Of a stretch of 64,000 nucleotides of DNA, positions 57,480 to 64,000 are shown piece after piece. A program made the translations under genes and the position numbers. Where the stretch lies: assembly GCF_009914755.1 (NCBI RefSeq), contig NC_060933.1. The stretch is one strand, 5' to 3'. Below the pieces are notes generated by a model. It did not search any database. It was not told the origin of the DNA and saw only the letters and a list, made by a program, of their open reading frames with translations. The DNA is from the human T2T-CHM13v2.0 reference genome, Homo sapiens. Every line of letters starts with the position of its first letter. Position 1 is the first letter of the stretch.

Positions 57480-60400
57480 TTGCAATCGAGTTGATTCCAT
57501 TCCATTCTATTCCATTCCATTCCATTCCATTCCATTCCATTCCATTCCATTCCTTTCCATTCCAATCCATTACGGATGATTCCATTCCATTGCATTCCAT
57601 TCAATTCCATTCCCCTGTACTCGGGTTGATTCCATTGCATTCCATTCCAATCCATGCCATTCCACTCGTGTTGATTCCATTCTTTCCATTCCATTCAAGT
57701 TGAATCCATTCCATTGCATTCCATTCCATTCCATTCCCCTGCAGTCGGGTTGATTCCATTCCATTCCATTCCATTCCATTCCATTCCATTCCTTTCCGTT
57801 CCATTCCATTCCATTCCATTCTATTCGGGTTAATTCCATTCCATTCCATTCCATTCCATTCCAATCGAGTTGATTCCATTCCATTCCATTCCATTCCATT
57901 CCACTCCATTCCAGTCCTTTCCATTCCATTCCACTCGGGTTGATTCCAATGTATTCCTTTCCATTCCATTCCATTCCATTGCAATCGAGTTGATTCCATT
58001 GCTTTGCATTCCATTCCATTCCATTCCATTCCGGATGATTCCATTCCATTGCATTCCATTCCATTCCATTCCCCTGCACTCGGGTTGATTCCATTCCATT
58101 GCACTCCATTCCGTTCCATTCCATTCCATTCCATTGTATTCGGGTTAATTCCATTCCATTCCATTCCATTCCATTCCATTCCATTCCATTCCATTACAAT
58201 CGAGTTGATTCCATTCCATTCCATTCCATTCCAGTCCTTTCCATTCAATTCCACTCGGGTTGATTCCATTCTATTAGTTTCCATTCCATTCCATTCCCTT
58301 CCATTCCACTCTGGTTGATACCATTCCTTTCCATTCCACTCGAATACATTCCCTCCTATTCCACTCGGAACGATTCCATTCCATTCCATTCCATTCCATT
58401 CCATTCCATTCCATTCCATTTCATTTCGTTCCATTCCATTCTATTCCGTATCATTCCATTCCATTCCATTCCATTCCATTCCATTCCATTCCATTCCATT
58501 CCATTGTACTCAGGTTGATTCAATTCCATTGCATTCCATTCCATTCCATTCAATTACATTCCATTCCGTTGCATTCCATTCCATTACATTCGGATTGATT
58601 CTATTCAACTCCCTTACTCTCCATTACATTCCATTCCATTCGGGTTGTTCCATTCCATTCCATTCCATTCCACTCCATTCCATTGCACTCGGGTTGATTC
58701 CATTCCATTCCATTCCATTCCATTCCATTGCATTCCATTCCATTCCATTCCGGATGATTCCATTCCATTGAATTCCGTTCCATTACATTACCCCTGCATT
58801 CGCGTTGATTCCATTCCATTCCATTCAATTCCATTCCATTACAATTCTTTCCATTCCATTCTATTCCGTACCATTCCATTCCATTCCATACCATTCCATT
58901 GCATTCCATTCCATTCCATTCCGTTCCATTCCGTTCCGTTCCATTCCATTCCATTCTATTCGGATTAATTCCATTCCATTCCATTCCATTCCATTCCATT
59001 CTATTAAATTCCATTGCAATCGAGTTGAATCTATTGCATTTCATTCCATTCCATTCCATTCCATTCCGGAATATTCCATTCCATTGCATTCCATTCCATT
59101 CCATTCCCATGCACTCGCGTTGATTCCATTCCATTCCATTCCATTCCATTCCATTCCATTCCATTCCTTTCCGTTCCATTCCATTCCATTCCATTCCATT
59201 CCAATCCATTCCGTTCCGTTCCATTCCGTTCCATTCCATTCCATTCCATTCCATTCCATTCCATTCCATTCCTTTCCGTTCCATTCCATTCCATTCCATT
59301 CCATTCCAATCCATTCCATTCCGTTCCGTTCCGTTCCATTCCATTCCATTCCATTCTATTCGGGTTAATTCCATTCCATTCCATTCGATTGCAATCGAGT
59401 TGATTCCATTCCATTCTATTCCATTCCATTCCATTCCATTCCTTTCCATTCCATTCCATTACGGATGATTCCATTCCATTGCATTCCATTCAATTCCATT
59501 CCCCTGTACTCGGGTTGATTCCATTGCATTCCATTCCAATCCATGCCATTCCACTCGTGTTGATTCCATTCTTTCCATTCCATTCAAGTTGAATCCATTC
59601 CATTGCATTCCATTCCATTCCATTCCCCTGCAGTCGGGTTGATTCCATTCCATTCCATTCCATTCCATTCCATTCCATTCCATTGCGTTCCGTTCCATTC
59701 CATTCCATTCCATTCTATTCGGGTTAATTCCATTCCATTCCATTCCATTCCATTCCAATCGAGTTGATTCCATTCCATTCCATTCCATTCCATTCCATTC
59801 CACTCCAGTCCAGTCCTTTCCATTCCATTCCACTCGGGTTGATTCCAATGTATTCCTTTCCATTCCATTCCATTCCATTGCAATCGAGTTGATTCCATTG
59901 CTTTGCATTCCATTCCATTCCATTCCATTCCGGATGATTCCATTCCATTGCATTCCATTCCATTCCATTGCAATCGAGTTGATTCCATTGCTTTGCATTC
60001 CATTCCATTCCATTCCATTCCGGATGATTCCATTCCATTGCATTCCATTCCATTCCATTCCCCTGCACTCGGGTTGATTCCATTCCATTGCACTCCATTC
60101 CGTTCCATTCCATTCCATTCCATTGTATTCGGGTTAATTCCATTCCATTCCATTCCATTCCATTCCATTCCATTCCATTCAATTACAATCGAGTTGATTC
60201 CATTCCATTCCATTCCATTCCAGTCCTTTCCATTCAATTCCACTCGGGTTGATTCCATTCTATTAGTTTCCATTCCATTCCATTCCCTTCCATTCCACTC
60301 TGGTTGATACCATTCCTTTCCATTCCACTCGAATACATTCCCTCCTATTCCACTCGGAACGATTCCATTCCATTCCATTCCATTCCATTCCATTCCATTC

Positions 60401-63120
60401 CATTCCATTCCATTCCGTTCCATTCCATTCCATTTCGTTCCATTCCATTCTATTCCGTATCATTCCATTCCATTCCATTCCATTCCATTCCATTCCATTC
60501 CATTGTACTCAGGTTGATTCAATTCCATTGCATTCCATTCCATTCCATTCAATTCCATTCCATTTCGTTGCATTCCATTCCATTACATTCGGATTGATTC
60601 TATTCAACTCCCTTACTCTCCATTACATTCCATTCCATTCGGGTTGTTCCATTCCATTCCATTCCATTCCACTCCATTCCATTGCACTCGAGTTGATTCC
60701 ATTCCATTCCATTCCATTCCATTCCATTCCATTCCATTCCATTCCATTCCGGATGATTCCATTCCATTGAATTCCGTTCCATTACATTCCCCTGCACTCG
60801 CGTTGATTCCATTCCATTCCATTCAATTCCATTCCATTACAATTCGTTCCATTCCATTCTATTCCGTACCATTCCATTCCATTCCATACCATTCCATTCC
60901 ATTCCATTCCATTCCATTCCGTTCCATTCCGTTCCGTTCCATTCCATTCCATTCTATTCGGATTAATTCCATTCCATTCCATTCCATTCTATTAAATTCC
61001 ATTGCAATCGAGTTGAATCCATTGCATTTCATTCCATTCCATTCCATTCCATTCCATTCCGGAATATTCCATTCCATTGCATTCCATTCCATTCCATTCC
61101 CATGCACTCGCGTTGATTCCATTCCATTCCATTCCATTCCATTCCATTCCATTCCATTCCATTCCATTCCATTCCTTTCCGTTCCATTCCATTCCATTCC
61201 ATTCCATTCCAATCCATTCCGTTCTGTTCCATTCCGTACCATTCCATTCCATTCCATTCCATTCCATTCCATTCCATTCCTTTCCGTTCCATTCCATTCC
61301 ATTCCATTCCATTCCAATCCATTCCATTCCGTTCCGTTCCGTTCCATTCCATTCCTTTCCATTCTATTCGGGTGAATTCCATTCCATTCAATTCGATTGC
61401 AATCGAGTTGATTCCATTCCATTCTATTCCATTCCATTCCATTCCATTCCTTTCCATTCCATTCCATTACGGATGATTCCATTCCATTGCATTCCATTCA
61501 ATTCCATTCCCCTGTACTCGGGTTGATTCCATTGCATTCCATTCCAATCCATGCCATTCCACTCGTGTTGATTCCATTCTTTCCATTCCATTCAAGTTGA
61601 ATCCATTCCATTGCATTCCATTCCATTCCATTCCCCTGCAGTCGGGTTGATTCCATTCCATTCCATTCCATTCCATTCCATTCCATTCCATTCCATTGCG
61701 TTCCGTTCCATTCCATTCCATTCCATTCTATTCGGGTTAATTCCATTCCATTCCATTCCATTCCATTCCAATCGAGTTGATTCCATTCCATTCCATTCCA
61801 TTCCATTCCACTCCATTCCAGTCCTTTCCATTCCATTCCACTCGGTTTGATTCCAATGTATTCCTTTCCATTCCATTCCATTCCATTGCAATCGAGTTGA
61901 TTCAATTGCTTTGCATTCCATTCCATTCCATTCAATTCTGGATGATTCCATTCCATTGCATTCCATTCCATTCCATTCCCCTGCACTCGGGTTGATTCCA
62001 TTCCATTCCACTCCATTCCGTTCCATTCCATTCCATTCCATTGTATTCGGGTTAATTCCATTCCATTCCATTCCATTACAATCGAGTTAATTCCATTCCA
62101 TTCCATTCCATTTCAGTCCTTTCCATTCCATTCCACTCGGGTTGATTCCATTCTACTAGTTTCCATTCCATTCCATTCCCTTCCATTCCACTCTGGTTGA
62201 TACCATTCCTTTCCATTCCACTCGAATACATTCCCTCCTATTCCACTCGGAAAGATTCCATTCCATTCCATTCCATTCCATTCCATTCCATTCCATTCCA
62301 TTCCATTTCGTTCCATTCCATTCCATTGTACTCAGGTTGATTCAATTCCATTGCATTCCATTCCATTCCATTCCATTCCATTCCGTTGCATTCCATTCCA
62401 TTACATTCGGATTGATTCTATTCAACTCCCTTACTCTCCATTACATTCCATTCCATTCGGGTTGTTCCATTCCATTCCATTCCATTCCACTCCATTCCAT
62501 TGCCCTCGGGTTCATTCCATTCCATTCCATTCCATTCCGGATGATTCCATTCCATTGCATTCCGTTCCTTTACATTCCCCTGCACTCGCGTTTATTCCAT
62601 TCCATTCCATTCAGTTCCATTCCATTACAATTCGTTCCATTCCATTCTATTCCGTACCATTCCATTCCATTCCATACCATTCCATTCCATTCCATTCCAT
62701 TCCATTCCGTTCCATTCCGTTCCATTCCATTGCATTCCATTCTATTCGGATTAATTCCATTCCATTCCATTCCATTCCATTCTATTCCATTCCATTGCAA
62801 TCGAGTTGAATCCATTGCATTTCATTCCATTCCATTCCATTCCATTCCATTCCGGAAGATTCCATTCCATTGCAATCCATTCCATTCCATTCCCCTGCAC
62901 TCGCGTTGATTCCATTCCATTCCATTCCATTCCATTCCATTCCATTCCGTTCCGTTCCATTCCATTCCATTCCATTCCATTCCGTTCCGTTCCATTCCAT
63001 TCCATTCCATTCTATTCGGGTTAATTCCATTCCATTCCATTCGATTGCAATCGAGTTGATTCCATTCCATTCTATTCCATTCCATTCCATTCCATTCCAT
63101 TCCATTGCATTCCATTCCAT
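57480..63120 (-). repeat. Tandem higher-order repeat, about 3 units of ~1.6-2.0 kb
   Basis: CATTCAATTCCATTCCCCTGTACTCGGGTTGATTCCATTGCATT occurs at ~57598, ~59487 and ~61495. ORF-track offsets 1889 (57601/59490), 2008 (59490/61498) and 1999 (58529/60528). Shared GTACTCAGGTTG, CTATTAAATTCC and CCCATGCACTC. Confidence 0.85.
59861..60059 (-). repeat. Perfect 90-bp tandem duplication
   Basis: CAATCGAGTTGATTCCATTGCTTTGC...CGGATGATTC occurs at 59881 and 59971. Confidence 0.9.
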
Positions 63121-64000
63121 TCCATTCCCCTGTACTCGGGTTGATTCCATTCCATTCCATTCCAATCCATGCCATTCCACTCGTGTTGATTCCATTCTTT
63201 CCATTCCATTCAAGTTGAATCCATTCCATTGTATTCCATTCCATTCCATTACCCTGCAGTCGGGTTGATTCCATTCCATTCCATTCCATTCCATTCCATT
63301 CCATTCCATTCCGTTCCGTTCCATTCCATTCCATTCCATTCTATTCGGGTTAATTCCATTCCATTCCATTCCATTCCATTCCAATCGAGTTGATTCCATT
63401 CCATTCCATTCCATTCCATTCCACTCCATTCCAGTCCTTTCCATTCCATTCCACTCGGGTTGATTCCAATGTATTCCTTTCCATTCCATTCCATTCCATT
63501 GCAATCGAGTTGATTCCATTGCTTTGCATTCCATTCCATTCCATTCCATTCCGGATGATTCCATTCCATTGCATTCCATTCCATTCCATTCCATTCCATT
63601 CCTTTCCATTCCATTCCATTACATTCGGATTGATTCTATTAAATTCCCTTACACTCCATTACATTCCATTCCATTCGGGTAGTTTCCATTCCATTCCATT
63701 CCATTCCTCTCCATTCCATTGCACTCGGGTTGATTCCATTCCATTGCATTCCATTCCATTCCATTCAATTCCATTCCGTTCCATTCCATTCCATTACATT
63801 TGGATTGATTCTATTCAACTCCCTTACTCTCCATTTCATTCCATTCCATTCGGGTTGTTCCATTCCATTCAATTCCATTCCACTCCATTCCATTGCACTC
63901 GGGTTTATTCCATTCCATTCCATTCCATTACATTACATTCCGGAAGATTCCATTCCATTGCATTCCATTCCATTCCATTCCCCTGCACTCGCGTTGATTC

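Larger units (their letters stand above)
17698..64000 (-). repeat. Satellite III (HSat3) array, right arm, (CATTC)n on + and G-rich strand on -
   Basis: Continuous ATTCC pentamers with ACTCGGGTTGATTCC, ATTGCAATCGAGTTG, CTATTCGGGTTA and CCGGATG, which are the reverse complements of the left-arm motifs. Confidence 0.97.

Noticed and set aside
1-64000. CRISPR-like pattern of conserved motifs separated by variable stretches
   Set aside because: The intervening stretches are GGAAT runs, not unique spacers, and there are no cas genes. This is eukaryotic satellite DNA.
1-64000. Assignment to a specific chromosome, HSat3 subfamily or species
   Set aside because: The CAACCCGAGT-rich type occurs on several human chromosomes and in apes. 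I saw no regular DYZ1-like ~3.6-kb period. Assignment needs a k-mer or alignment search that I cannot run.
1-64000. HSat2, alpha satellite or CENP-B boxes
   Set aside because: There is no 171-bp monomer and I saw no CENP-B box. CATTCGATTC is only a minor variant here.

Overview
The whole 64-kb window is primate (human-type) classical satellite III (HSat3) heterochromatin: diverged (GGAAT)n pentamers interrupted by the diagnostic CAACCCGAGT / ACTCGGGTTG decamer and a small set of recurrent variant motifs. I see no genes, RNA genes, transposons or unique sequence. All ORFs in the track (MEWNG.../IPFHS...) are translation artefacts of a stop-free pentamer. The main structural feature is one strand switch at about 17,700: GGAAT reads on + to the left and on - to the right. 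The join has 5 bp of microhomology (ACTCG) and a junction-specific 30-bp templated duplication. The array is a mosaic of nested duplications (35 bp to about 5.45 kb periods, plus dispersed 1-4 kb copies). About 32 perfect three-unit heat-shock elements lie in one variant motif and are strongly enriched right of the switch. I found no evidence for a new coding system. Coordinates and counts were read by eye, and duplication boundaries are approximate.
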